DNA from: Clostridia bacterium
GTDB lineage: Bacteria > Bacillota > Clostridia > Oscillospirales > CAG-272
Assembly (NCBI GenBank): GCA_017428635.1
Contig: JAFRQK010000025.1
Location: 2,423-66,422, forward strand
Direction: 5' to 3'
Length of the DNA stretch: 64,000 bases
Below, piece after piece: positions 36,693 to 44,223 of this stretch. The first letter of the stretch is position 1. Each line of letters begins with the position of its first letter. Both the position numbers and the translations under genes were made by a program. A model generated the notes under the pieces. It saw nothing but the letters and a program-made list of their open reading frames with translations. It was not told the DNA's origin and searched no databases.

Positions 36693-37784
36693 TTACCAGA
36701 TAATGTTCTCGGCGATCCTGATAAGTTCGTCCTGACTGATATTGATACCGCAGATCATGACCGAAATATCCTTGTCACCGAAAACGATTCCGCGAGCGCT
36801 GATCGGTCTGCCGTCGATCTCCGATTCGACGTCAACGGCGAAGGCGTCCATACCGTTGATATCGGTCAGATAAACTTTTTCCCAAGTCGGCGCGGAAAAG
36901 CCCGGATCGACTTCGTCGGACGGGAAAATGTTGATGCCGACTAACGTGTCGAAAATATCGTTCAACTGTCCCATGCGGACGATCCTGTAATTCGGATGGT
37001 CCTCGTCATGCAGCTCTTCAAACGCAAGCCCCTCGGGGATATATCCGAAGGTGATATCGGACGCGCTCTTCGGCTCGCCCGTACCATTCGAACCTTTGAA
37101 ACTGATCCTGACGCAAGTCCGACCGTGCTCTTCAGTCACTCTTATATCGGCTTTCGTTACGTCAAGGAAACGATCGAGAAGCGCGGAGGTCTCGGCGCGG
37201 GTGATATCCGCGTCGGGATCAAACTCACCGTTCTCTTTTCCGTTAACGATCTCGGAACGGTAAAGAGCGCCGACCGCCTCGGCGGCGTATTCGTCGATCT
37301 TATCGGCGTCGGCGGGTTCTCCGTCGCGCGTTTCGGTAAGTTCAACGTCCGCCGTATCGGCAAACCTGTAAAGCATCGTCGCGAAATCTTCGCGGGTGAT
37401 CTTGCCGTTCGGATCAAACTTGGTGTCCGTTCTGCCTTTGACGACTCCTTCATCCTTCGCCCATGCGACTGCGTCGGCGTAATACGCGCCTGATGCGACG
37501 TCGGCGAAGGAACCGGAAGCGTTGACTTTGGGCTCGCCCGCAACACGGTACAGGATCGTCGCGCACATGCCGCGCGTCAGGGTCCCGTCGGGATCAAACT
37601 CGGTGTCCGAGATCCCCCTCATGAGCTTCGTCTCGTAGATCCTTTTGACGTTCTCGTAGTACCACTGCTGCGTCTTGACGTCGGAGAACGGAAGATCTCC
37701 GCTGTCCTTCGCGGCAAACGAGGCGAGAGGCAGCAGCATCAGCATAGCCAAAGCCGCCGCAACCGTTATCAATACTTTCTTCAT
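36693..37784 (-). CDS. S-layer-homology (3x SLH) wall-anchored protein with a C-terminal domain paralogous to the adjacent anti-sigma factor
   Basis: Signal peptide MKKVLITVAAALAMLMLLPLASFA. Three SLH repeats (FSDVKTQQWYYENV..., FADVASGAYYADAV..., ...YAAEAVGALYRSEIVNG...). The last 121 aa are 91/121 identical (hand count) to the C-terminus of the 38569..39306 product. Confidence 0.85.
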   Translation of the reverse strand: MKKVLITVAAALAMLMLLPLASFAAKDSGDLPFSDVKTQQWYYENVKRIYETKLMRGISDTEFDPDGTLTRGMCATILYRVAGEPKVNASGSFADVASGAYYADAVAWAKDEGVVKGRTDTKFDPNGKITREDFATMLYRFADTADVELTETRDGEPADADKIDEYAAEAVGALYRSEIVNGKENGEFDPDADITRAETSALLDRFLDVTKADIRVTEEHGRTCVRISFKGSNGTGEPKSASDITFGYIPEGLAFEELHDEDHPNYRIVRMGQLNDIFDTLVGINIFPSDEVDPGFSAPTWEKVYLTDINGMDAFAVDVESEIDGRPISARGIVFGDKDISVMICGINISQDELIRIAENIIW

Positions 37785-37895
37785 TTGTTATTCTCCTTTC
37801 TCTGTGACTTATCGGGCTGGCGTCCAGCCCTGCCGCGCACGTGAGTTTTTATCCGGGCGTAACGGCTCCGGGATCTGCCGATTTGCCCTTCTGTT

Positions 37896-37927
37896 TATTA
37901 ATACGAAACGCGCGATCGATCCGTTTC
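37896..37927 (-). promoter_or_regulatory. candidate ECF-type promoter for the SLH gene
   Basis: On the minus strand: GAAAC (37927-37923), 17 nt, then CGTATTAATA (37905-37896). The same 10-mer occurs at the same spacing upstream of the sigma gene. Confidence 0.45.
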
Positions 37928-37962
37928 GTTTTCCCGGAAAAATCGAAAAAATATCAAAAAAT

Positions 37963-37994
37963 GAAATAACGCGGCGGTCGGCGTCGTATTAATA
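37963..37994 (+). promoter_or_regulatory. candidate autoregulated ECF-type promoter for the sigma/anti-sigma operon
   Basis: GAAAT (37963-37967), 17 nt, then CGTATTAATA (37985-37994). It lies 27 nt upstream of ATG 38022. Confidence 0.45.
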
Positions 37995-38021
37995 TATGAA
38001 AGTGCTTTTGGGGGCGGCTGA

Positions 38022-38576
38022 ATGATTGTTTTTTCAACTCCTCTATCCGGCAAGCAGTCGGATCGGGAGATAATCGATTATATCTATCGGCAGTTTTTCC
38101 CTCTCATGCGGTCGGTCGCGGCGCGGGTGCTGTCCGGTAACGTTCAGGACGCCGAGGACGCGGTCCACGACGCGATGATAAAAATAATAAAAAACGTCGG
38201 GGTGATCGACGTATCCGACCGAAAAAAGCTGCGGAACCTTTGCTGTATAATCGCGCGGAACTGCGCGCTTGACCGGCTGAGAAGCATGGACAGAAAGAAC
38301 GCGCTGACGGTCGAGATCCCGGACGACGCCGAGGATGAGAGAACGCTTCCCGATGAATCCGCCGTAAGCGAGGAAGCGTTTGAGACGATCCTCGCCGCGA
38401 TCGGATCGCTGCCCGAGAAATACAGATACCCGTGTATCCTCAAATACGTTTACGAATACAAAAACAAAGATATCGCCGCTCTGCTGGGGATACCGGAGAT
38501 GACGGCGGGCACGAGGATCAGAAGGGGAAAACTGCTTTTGCAGGATAAGTTGAGAAAGGAGGGATATCATGAATAA
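38022..38576 (+). CDS. ECF-type sigma-70 family RNA polymerase sigma factor
   Basis: Region 2 (...DAEDAVHDAMIKI...) and region 4 HTH (...NKDIAALLGIPEMTAGTRIRRGKLLL...); 184 aa. Confidence 0.9.
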   Translation: MIVFSTPLSGKQSDREIIDYIYRQFFPLMRSVAARVLSGNVQDAEDAVHDAMIKIIKNVGVIDVSDRKKLRNLCCIIARNCALDRLRSMDRKNALTVEIPDDAEDERTLPDESAVSEEAFETILAAIGSLPEKYRYPCILKYVYEYKNKDIAALLGIPEMTAGTRIRRGKLLLQDKLRKEGYHE

Positions 38577-39306
38577 CAAAAGGAATAAAAACGAACGGGA
38601 CGATATCCTTCTGAAACGGGCGTTTGAGGAATACCTCCTCCGAGCTGACGACAGTCTTCCGACGGACGAAGAGGCGTACGAGGAGTTCCCGCCAAGTGAG
38701 GAGGACCGTCTTTACTACCTCGGTAAAGTCAAGAAAAGAGAGCGAGCGTCTTCCGCGGCGAAGATCCTGAAACGCGTTGCCGCGATAGTTCTCGCCGCGG
38801 TCTCCGTCACGTTCGGCGCGCTTATGATGGACGAAAACGTCAGGGCGGCGGTGACCAGATCGGTGGTAAGTCTGGTCGACAGCGGCGTAAAAGTCAAATT
38901 CATGGTTCCAAGGGATCAGGACGATCAAAAAAAGACGTCCGATGTCACTATCGGGTACGTCCCGGAAGGTCTTGCAGTTAAAGAACTTCACGTCGACGAT
39001 CATCCGAATTACCGGGTCGTTCACATAAGCGAGATGAACGATATCTTCGACACGTTCGTCGGAATCAGCATTTTCCCGTCCGACGAAGTCGATCCGGGCT
39101 TCTCACAACCGACGTGGGAGAAGGTATATATGTCTGAGATCAACGGAATGGACGCTTTCATGGTCGACGTTGAATCTGAGATCGACGGTAAACCGATCAG
39201 CGGCCGCTCAATCGTTTTCGGAGACGAGGACATCTCGATAATGATCTGCGGAATAAATATAAGCCATGAAGAGCTCGTCAAAATTGCGGAGAATATCGAG
39301 TGGTAA
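38569..39306 (+). CDS. anti-sigma factor, single-pass, with a DUF4367-like extracytoplasmic domain
   Basis: It overlaps the sigma gene by 8 nt. It has a short cytoplasmic N-terminus, one TM helix (VAAIVLAAVSVTFGALMM), and a C-terminal domain beginning ...IGYVPEGL.... The DUF4367 label is from memory of the family and is unverified. Confidence 0.75.
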   Translation: MNNKRNKNERDDILLKRAFEEYLLRADDSLPTDEEAYEEFPPSEEDRLYYLGKVKKRERASSAAKILKRVAAIVLAAVSVTFGALMMDENVRAAVTRSVVSLVDSGVKVKFMVPRDQDDQKKTSDVTIGYVPEGLAVKELHVDDHPNYRVVHISEMNDIFDTFVGISIFPSDEVDPGFSQPTWEKVYMSEINGMDAFMVDVESEIDGKPISGRSIVFGDEDISIMICGINISHEELVKIAENIEW

Positions 39307-39337
39307 AGAGTTATTCAAACGAAAACCCCGACAAGTA

Positions 39338-39376
39338 AAAAAAAGGCGGTCCCGCGTAAAGCGGGACCGTTCTTTT
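39338..39376 (+). terminator. rho-independent terminator after the anti-sigma gene
   Basis: CGGTCCCGC (39347-39355) / GCGGGACCG (39361-39369) followed by TTCTTTT. The stem is the same as the terminator at 36476-36514. Confidence 0.7.
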
Positions 39377-39420
39377 ACGGGAATCTCGGTTCACAAATCA
39401 TATTCTTCGTCTTCTTCCTC

Positions 39421-39449
39421 TTGAATTATTAAAACTTATGTAGTATAAT
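39421..39449 (+). promoter_or_regulatory. sigma-70 promoter for smpB-ssrA
   Basis: TTGAAT (39421-39426), a 17-nt spacer, then TATAAT (39444-39449). Confidence 0.6.
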
Positions 39450-39473
39450 ATTTCTACTTTCGCTCGGAAAGGG

Positions 39474-39956
39474 GTGAGGACGACGGCCGGGAAAAAGACG
39501 GGTGGCAAGATCATAGCGGTAAACAGAAAAGCGCGCCACGACTATTTTGTCGAGGAAACGTACGAAGCGGGCGTCGCCCTCTTCGGCACCGAGGTGAAAA
39601 GCATCCGCGCCGGTGCGGTCAATCTCAAGGATTCGTACTGCCAGATCAAAAAGGGAGAACTTTGGGCGATCGGGGTGCATATAAGCCCCTACGAAAAGGG
39701 CAACATCTTCAACAAAGACCCTCTTCGCGACAAGAAGCTCCTGATGCACAAGCGCGAGATACTGAAACTCGGTCAGTACGTGACAAGGGACAGTTACACT
39801 CTGATCCCGCTGTCGCTGTACTTCTCCGGCTCGAACGTCAAGATGGAAGTCGGCCTCTGCAAAGGTAAAAAGCTTTACGACAAAAGAGAAGCCGACGCCA
39901 AACGGGGAGCCGAGAGAGAGATCGAGCGGGCATCCCGGAACAGCGAAAGATACTGA
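39474..39956 (+). CDS. smpB: SsrA-binding protein SmpB
   Basis: ...[34 protein letters not shown]...; 160 aa. GTG start. Confidence 0.95.
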   Translation: MRTTAGKKTGGKIIAVNRKARHDYFVEETYEAGVALFGTEVKSIRAGAVNLKDSYCQIKKGELWAIGVHISPYEKGNIFNKDPLRDKKLLMHKREILKLGQYVTRDSYTLIPLSLYFSGSNVKMEVGLCKGKKLYDKREADAKRGAEREIERASRNSERY

Positions 39957-39957
39957 C

Positions 39958-40328
39958 GGGGGCGTAATGGTTTCGACGGGGATCTTGAATCATGATAAGC
40001 GGGTAGAGCCGGGGAAACTCTTAAAAAGCCCTAACTTTAAATTAAACGCTAACGATAGAGTAGCAGTCGCTGCGTAATCGCAGCTGCCCTCCGTGGGGCG
40101 CCGCACCCCACGGACTCCGCTTAAGCGGGCGCGACTGATTTCGCGCGGCATCATTTTTGCGGCGAACGTGAACGGCCCTTTAGCCTTTGAGGCCGTCATG
40201 CACTAAAAGGCTGCCGAGCGCGAAGCCCGTTCACCGGCGCCGCGTGAGGGAGATCAAACGGTGAAATGCACCCGGAGAAAGTCATGAGAATAGGTTTTCG
40301 GACGCGAGTTCGATTCTCGCCGCCTCCA
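39958..40328 (+). ncRNA. ssrA: transfer-messenger RNA (tmRNA, SsrA)
   Basis: The 5' end GGGGGCGTAATGGTTTCGACGGGG pairs with the 3' end ...GGACGCGAGTTCGATTCTCGCCGCCTCCA (T-arm plus acceptor; CCA is not encoded). The tag reading frame at 40048-40077, GCT AAC GAT AGA GTA GCA GTC GCT GCG TAA, gives ANDRVAVAA. It sits immediately downstream of smpB. Confidence 0.9.
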
Positions 40329-40329
40329 T

Positions 40330-40368
40330 ACAAAACAGGGACACGCTTTGCGTGTCCCTGTTTTGTAT
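40330..40368 (+). terminator. rho-independent terminator of ssrA
   Basis: A 17-bp stem, ACAAAACAGGGACACGC / GCGTGTCCCTGTTTTGT, with a 3-nt loop. Confidence 0.75.
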
Positions 40369-40477
40369 CGGCGACTTCGCATCGGACTCGCGCAAAAAAT
40401 GACCGCCTTGCGGTCATTTTTTCCGGCGGATTGCGCTACGGTGTGCAAAACATCCGCTCAACTATGCGCAATCCGGG

Positions 40478-40491
40478 GTTCGATTCTCGCC
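40478..40491 (+). repeat. duplicate of the tmRNA T-arm/3' segment (att-like direct repeat)
   Basis: GTTCGATTCTCGCC is identical to 40308-40321 inside ssrA, 170 nt upstream. Confidence 0.6.
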
Positions 40492-40799
40492 AAAATGCGC
40501 ATCGCGCATTTTGCATGCTTGACAACGGCATACTTCAAGGGAAACTTCGCAAAGCGACATTTTTCGGCGGGCTGCACTTCCTTTGACAAAATAAGAAGAT
40601 GCAACGCCGTTCAAGACTGGGACCGAAAATGACGGCACTCTCAGCGGCGAAGCATCTTCGCTAATCAGTTTAATACAGATGTTCAGAAATGTCAATATGG
40701 AGATGACAGAGACCACACAGAGGACTCGCGCAAAAAACGACTGCAAAGCAGGCGTCTTTTAGGAGTTACAGCGGAGCGGCAGCCGCCCGGGTATTCGTT

Positions 40800-40848
40800 T
40801 AAAAAAGCAAGGACAGGAACTCAACGGTTTCTGTCCTTGCTCTTATTT
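40800..40848 (-). terminator. rho-independent terminator at the end of the pilus operon
   Basis: The minus strand reads AGCAAGGACAG...CTGTCCTTGCT followed by TTTTTT. It lies just downstream of the sortase stop at 40854. Confidence 0.65.
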
Positions 40849-40853
40849 TGAGA

Positions 40854-41513
40854 TCAGTTGCTTTCGATCGCCTCACATCGCACCGTGAGACGGGTAGTCC
40901 GAAAAAGCGTACAGGTGAACAGAGTCAGATCCCACTCGCTCTTTACCATCCTTTCGACTTCGCCCGGACGGAGCGTTTCGACCTGTGCCACTCTGTACCG
41001 GAACTCATTTCCGTCCACGTCGGTAAAGACCACCTCGTCTCCGTAGCGGAGATTTCCTATGGGACCGAACTGCACCACGTAATTGTGGGCGCATATGACC
41101 ATGTTGTTCAGGTATACGGAACCCGAATAGCGGCACGGCGCTATCCTGAGTTTGTCGAGATCGCACTCCGCGGATACGGGAAGCTCCCTGCCTATGGACG
41201 GAATGCTTATCACGCCTATGAAATCGGTCCCGTCAACGTTTTTTACGGGCATATCCATATCCGGGTTCAGTTCATAGTCCGGATATTCGTATTCGCTGAT
41301 CCTGCCACCGTCAGCGTCTTTCCGATCCCCCGTCCAACGCCCGCCGGGAGGAACGGGATCGCCGTCTATCTGCGGGATCAGCCGCTCAAGCACGCTGTCT
41401 GAATCTGTCCCGGCCCGGTAGTTATCCCAGACGTTGTATAAAACCAGTAATAGGGCTGCGACCATAAGCAGCAGCCCTATCACGATAAGGACCGTTCCTT
41501 TCCTGTTTTTCAC
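40854..41513 (-). CDS. sortase family transpeptidase (second sortase of the pilus locus; class not assignable by eye)
   Basis: N-terminal TM helix, a His motif VICAHN, a catalytic Cys motif LTLFTCT, and Arg in RLTVRCE. I prefer the start at GTG 41513 (GTGA overlap with the upstream stop). The track start 41594 would overlap the pilin gene by 85 nt. Confidence 0.8.
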   Translation of the reverse strand: MKNRKGTVLIVIGLLLMVAALLLVLYNVWDNYRAGTDSDSVLERLIPQIDGDPVPPGGRWTGDRKDADGGRISEYEYPDYELNPDMDMPVKNVDGTDFIGVISIPSIGRELPVSAECDLDKLRIAPCRYSGSVYLNNMVICAHNYVVQFGPIGNLRYGDEVVFTDVDGNEFRYRVAQVETLRPGEVERMVKSEWDLTLFTCTLFRTTRLTVRCEAIESN

Positions 41514-42883
41514 TGTGCGCGTCTCCTGCGGCGGATGACGCCGAATACGATAAGTACGGCGCCGCCTGTGAAGAGAACGGGTACCGGCCACCATAAAAGG
41601 CCGGTCTGCGGAAGCACGGTCCCTGCCGCCTTATAGGTGTTGGTGAATTCAACGGTATCCGCGTCTTTGCCGTCAACCGTGATCGTTCTGTCGATCTTCA
41701 GCTCGTCGTCCTCACGGGTCACGTTATACGTTATCGTGTAGATCTTTCTGTCATAAGAATATCCCTTGAGTCCCAGATCCTTCTCATAGATCGTATACGT
41801 GTATACTCCGGGCTCGGTGAACGTGATATCCCCGAATTCCCGGCTGCCCGCGCCTTTGATCGTCATTTCCTTTACCCCGCCGTCGCTGTTTTCGGGCATC
41901 GGGAAACCGTCGTCTCCCGCTTTGAGGACGAACGCGAACTCGGAATCCTCCGCGGGGGCGTCGCCGACGATCCTTTTCTGTACGGGCGGATCTACGCCGT
42001 TGACGGGAGCGACGAACCTGTTGGTGATAACGCTCGTTATTCCGTTCTTTTCAATGGAAACGGCGTAACCGTCGATCTCCTTTTCAACCACTGTCCAGTC
42101 GTATTTGCTTTCAAGATTGTCCCATGCAAAACGCCACGAGTTTTCACCGGTCAGTTTTTCGGTGTCGAATATCTCTCCGTCGCGGAGAAGCTGCATCTCG
42201 ATCGCCTCGGGGCGCGCCGACTCGTATCCTTCGTCGTCCCACTTTTTTATGACTTTCCTTGTGACGTATTTCGGAAGAAATTCTTCTTCGTCCGTTTCAT
42301 CCGTCTTTTTGGGATCGTCGTCCGGAGGGAATATCTCGTTGTGGAATTTGGCAACGGCAGTCGTTTCGTAAACCCACGCGTTGTTTGCGGAATCCCGATC
42401 GGGAAGAAAGACCATAAAAGGAACGGCGGTATACGTCTGGAAATCGTCGGTCGTGGCGCGGAATCCCAGCACGAGAAACAGTCCGGGCTTGAACCTGAAA
42501 GTCAGATTGCCGTCAGCGTCGGTAAATCCCTCCGCCTCAAAATCAAGGTCGTCTCTCCTGACGTACCCGTCAAGCGTATTGGCAAGCTTGAGCCATCCGG
42601 CCTTATCCATCCCGTCTAAGCCGTCAAGACCGTCCACCTTGCCTGCATACCCCCGGAAAGTATCCGTCAGAGTCATTCTGCAGTACTGATCAACGTTCGC
42701 CACCAGAAACACTCTGAACTTGGCGTCATGGATCGGTTTGTCCCCGTCGAAGTATGATATCGACAGTTCAACGTCTCTGTCGGTATCGATCAGTCCCTCG
42801 GCGGAAACGGTCGCCGGTATCAGCACCGCCAGCAACATAAGACATGTTATCACAGCGGACAATATGGCTTTCGTTCCTCTCAT
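41510..42883 (-). CDS. LPXTG-anchored minor (base-type) pilin with Cna-B-like and pilin isopeptide-type domains
   Basis: Signal peptide, a Cna-B-like segment (VTRKVIKKWDDEGYESARPEAIEMQLLRDGE...), and a C-terminal sorting signal LPQTG plus hydrophobic helix plus RRRRRAQ. Confidence 0.8.
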   Translation of the reverse strand: MRGTKAILSAVITCLMLLAVLIPATVSAEGLIDTDRDVELSISYFDGDKPIHDAKFRVFLVANVDQYCRMTLTDTFRGYAGKVDGLDGLDGMDKAGWLKLANTLDGYVRRDDLDFEAEGFTDADGNLTFRFKPGLFLVLGFRATTDDFQTYTAVPFMVFLPDRDSANNAWVYETTAVAKFHNEIFPPDDDPKKTDETDEEEFLPKYVTRKVIKKWDDEGYESARPEAIEMQLLRDGEIFDTEKLTGENSWRFAWDNLESKYDWTVVEKEIDGYAVSIEKNGITSVITNRFVAPVNGVDPPVQKRIVGDAPAEDSEFAFVLKAGDDGFPMPENSDGGVKEMTIKGAGSREFGDITFTEPGVYTYTIYEKDLGLKGYSYDRKIYTITYNVTREDDELKIDRTITVDGKDADTVEFTNTYKAAGTVLPQTGLLWWPVPVLFTGGAVLIVFGVIRRRRRAQ

Positions 42884-43743
42884 TTTTGTTCCCCTCCCAA
42901 GGATTTTCCGGATTTTTTATCTTTTACCCAACTGACGGTGAACACTGTCACTACCAGTATCAGAAGAAGCGGTACGGCTATCGCCGAAGTTACGATAAGC
43001 GGTTCTATCTGTACGGCTTCCGAGGTTATCTGAACAACAGCGTCCTCCTTAGCCGTTTCGATCCTGTGTCCTCGCACAAGAAGTCTTTGAGTATTTATCC
43101 CGTACGGAGTGCACGTCAGGAGCGTGCAGTAATCGGCCCCTTCCGTTATCTCAAGAGCGGCGGTATCCTGAGGGTCCACGATGAGGATCTGATCCACCTT
43201 ATAGGTGAGGATCTCGTCCATTATGCACAGCATAAAGACGTCGTTGACCGCTACCTGATCGAGACTTGTGAACAGCTTCGCGCTGGGAAGTCCCCTGTGC
43301 CCGGAAAGAACGCAGTGGCTTCCGGGGCCTCCCACGGGAAAGGACGTCCAGTCCAGATGACCTACGGCGTTCTGCAGAACGCGCTCCGACGTTCCGTGAT
43401 AAACGGGAAGCGAAACGTCTATGGCGGGGATCACTACGTATCCCATAACTCCGTCGCCCGACAGATTCAGGATATTGTCGTACTGACGGCGCTCGTCGTC
43501 TGTCGGGGCGTAAGTGTTTGCTCTCAAATGAATCCTCTGATTGTACTCGTACGCCTCGTTCAGATAATACTCGCGGTCCTCATCGCTCATCGAAGAAATC
43601 TGTTCCCTGTACGTTGCGATGGCCTTCGTCTGATGAAGTGAATTGATATAATTGGAGACGGACGGATAAAGCAGCAAAAACAAGCCCACGAGCAACAGAC
43701 TCACCAGGATAACCGTAAGATATTTTCTTTTCTTTTTCTTCAT
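42880..43743 (-). CDS. srtC: class C (pilus-polymerising) sortase
   Basis: N-terminal and C-terminal TM helices, VLSGHRGLPSAKLF (His), and TLLTCTPYGINTQRLLVRGHR (Cys/Arg). It overlaps the downstream pilin gene by 4 nt. Confidence 0.9.
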   Translation of the reverse strand: MKKKKRKYLTVILVSLLLVGLFLLLYPSVSNYINSLHQTKAIATYREQISSMSDEDREYYLNEAYEYNQRIHLRANTYAPTDDERRQYDNILNLSGDGVMGYVVIPAIDVSLPVYHGTSERVLQNAVGHLDWTSFPVGGPGSHCVLSGHRGLPSAKLFTSLDQVAVNDVFMLCIMDEILTYKVDQILIVDPQDTAALEITEGADYCTLLTCTPYGINTQRLLVRGHRIETAKEDAVVQITSEAVQIEPLIVTSAIAVPLLLILVVTVFTVSWVKDKKSGKSLGGEQK

Positions 43744-44223
43744 GCTCTGGTTTCTCCTCGGAGTCGTACCGCTTCACAGAACGGAAGGAACGGTTCCCCG
43801 TACGTTTCTTCAAATAATAAACCGATCCGGATCCCCGCCGCCGTCAGATCCGCGCCGTCCGATGCGACGGCGCCGAAGGTCGGCGAAAAAGCCGAAAACT
43901 CTTTTTCAAACCTATGCGTGCATCTTCGCGCGATCCGCTCAGATACTGTCAGAACGCCTTGTGCGGGCGATCTGAACCGCCGGAAGTTTTTCTTTGGATT
44001 ATTCCGGGCAGATTTCAACAAAAACCGCAAGAGAAGGCCTCCATCCGGCACGGCCGGGAAAGGCGTGCTGTGATCATTGAAAAGAAACCGGACTATAACC
44101 ACGGGGACCCGGGAGGATCCCGCGGAAAAGAAAAACTGCCGTTTTCGTATTATCGATTTGTGTAGTAAGGGCAGAGCTAAACTTCAAGCCCTGCCCTTTA
44201 CTACCAATCAGATTACGGCGGGA

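Noticed and set aside
36476-39376. Nearly identical terminator hairpins (AAAAGGCGGTCCCGCG-N-GCGGGACCGTTCTTT) at 36476-36514 and 39338-39376 flank the SLH/sigma/anti-sigma module. These could be cassette boundaries.
   Set aside because: A third terminator with the same GGTCCCG/CGGGACCGTTCTTTTT arms sits after purL (52437-52469). This is more likely a common terminator flavour of the genome than a mobile-cassette boundary. No recombinase is present.
39990-40746. Several 60-106-aa ORFs on both strands overlap ssrA and the downstream spacer.
   Set aside because: They overlap a confidently identified tmRNA or repeat-rich non-coding DNA. They have no RBS or motifs, and two of them merely translate the repeated GGACTCGCGCAAAAAA unit (FFARV...).
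41514-41594. A longer start for the second sortase (the track ORF begins at 41594).
   Set aside because: It would overlap the minor pilin gene by 85 nt with an Arg-rich peptide. GTG 41513 gives a GTGA stop/start overlap and begins right at the basic residues and TM anchor.
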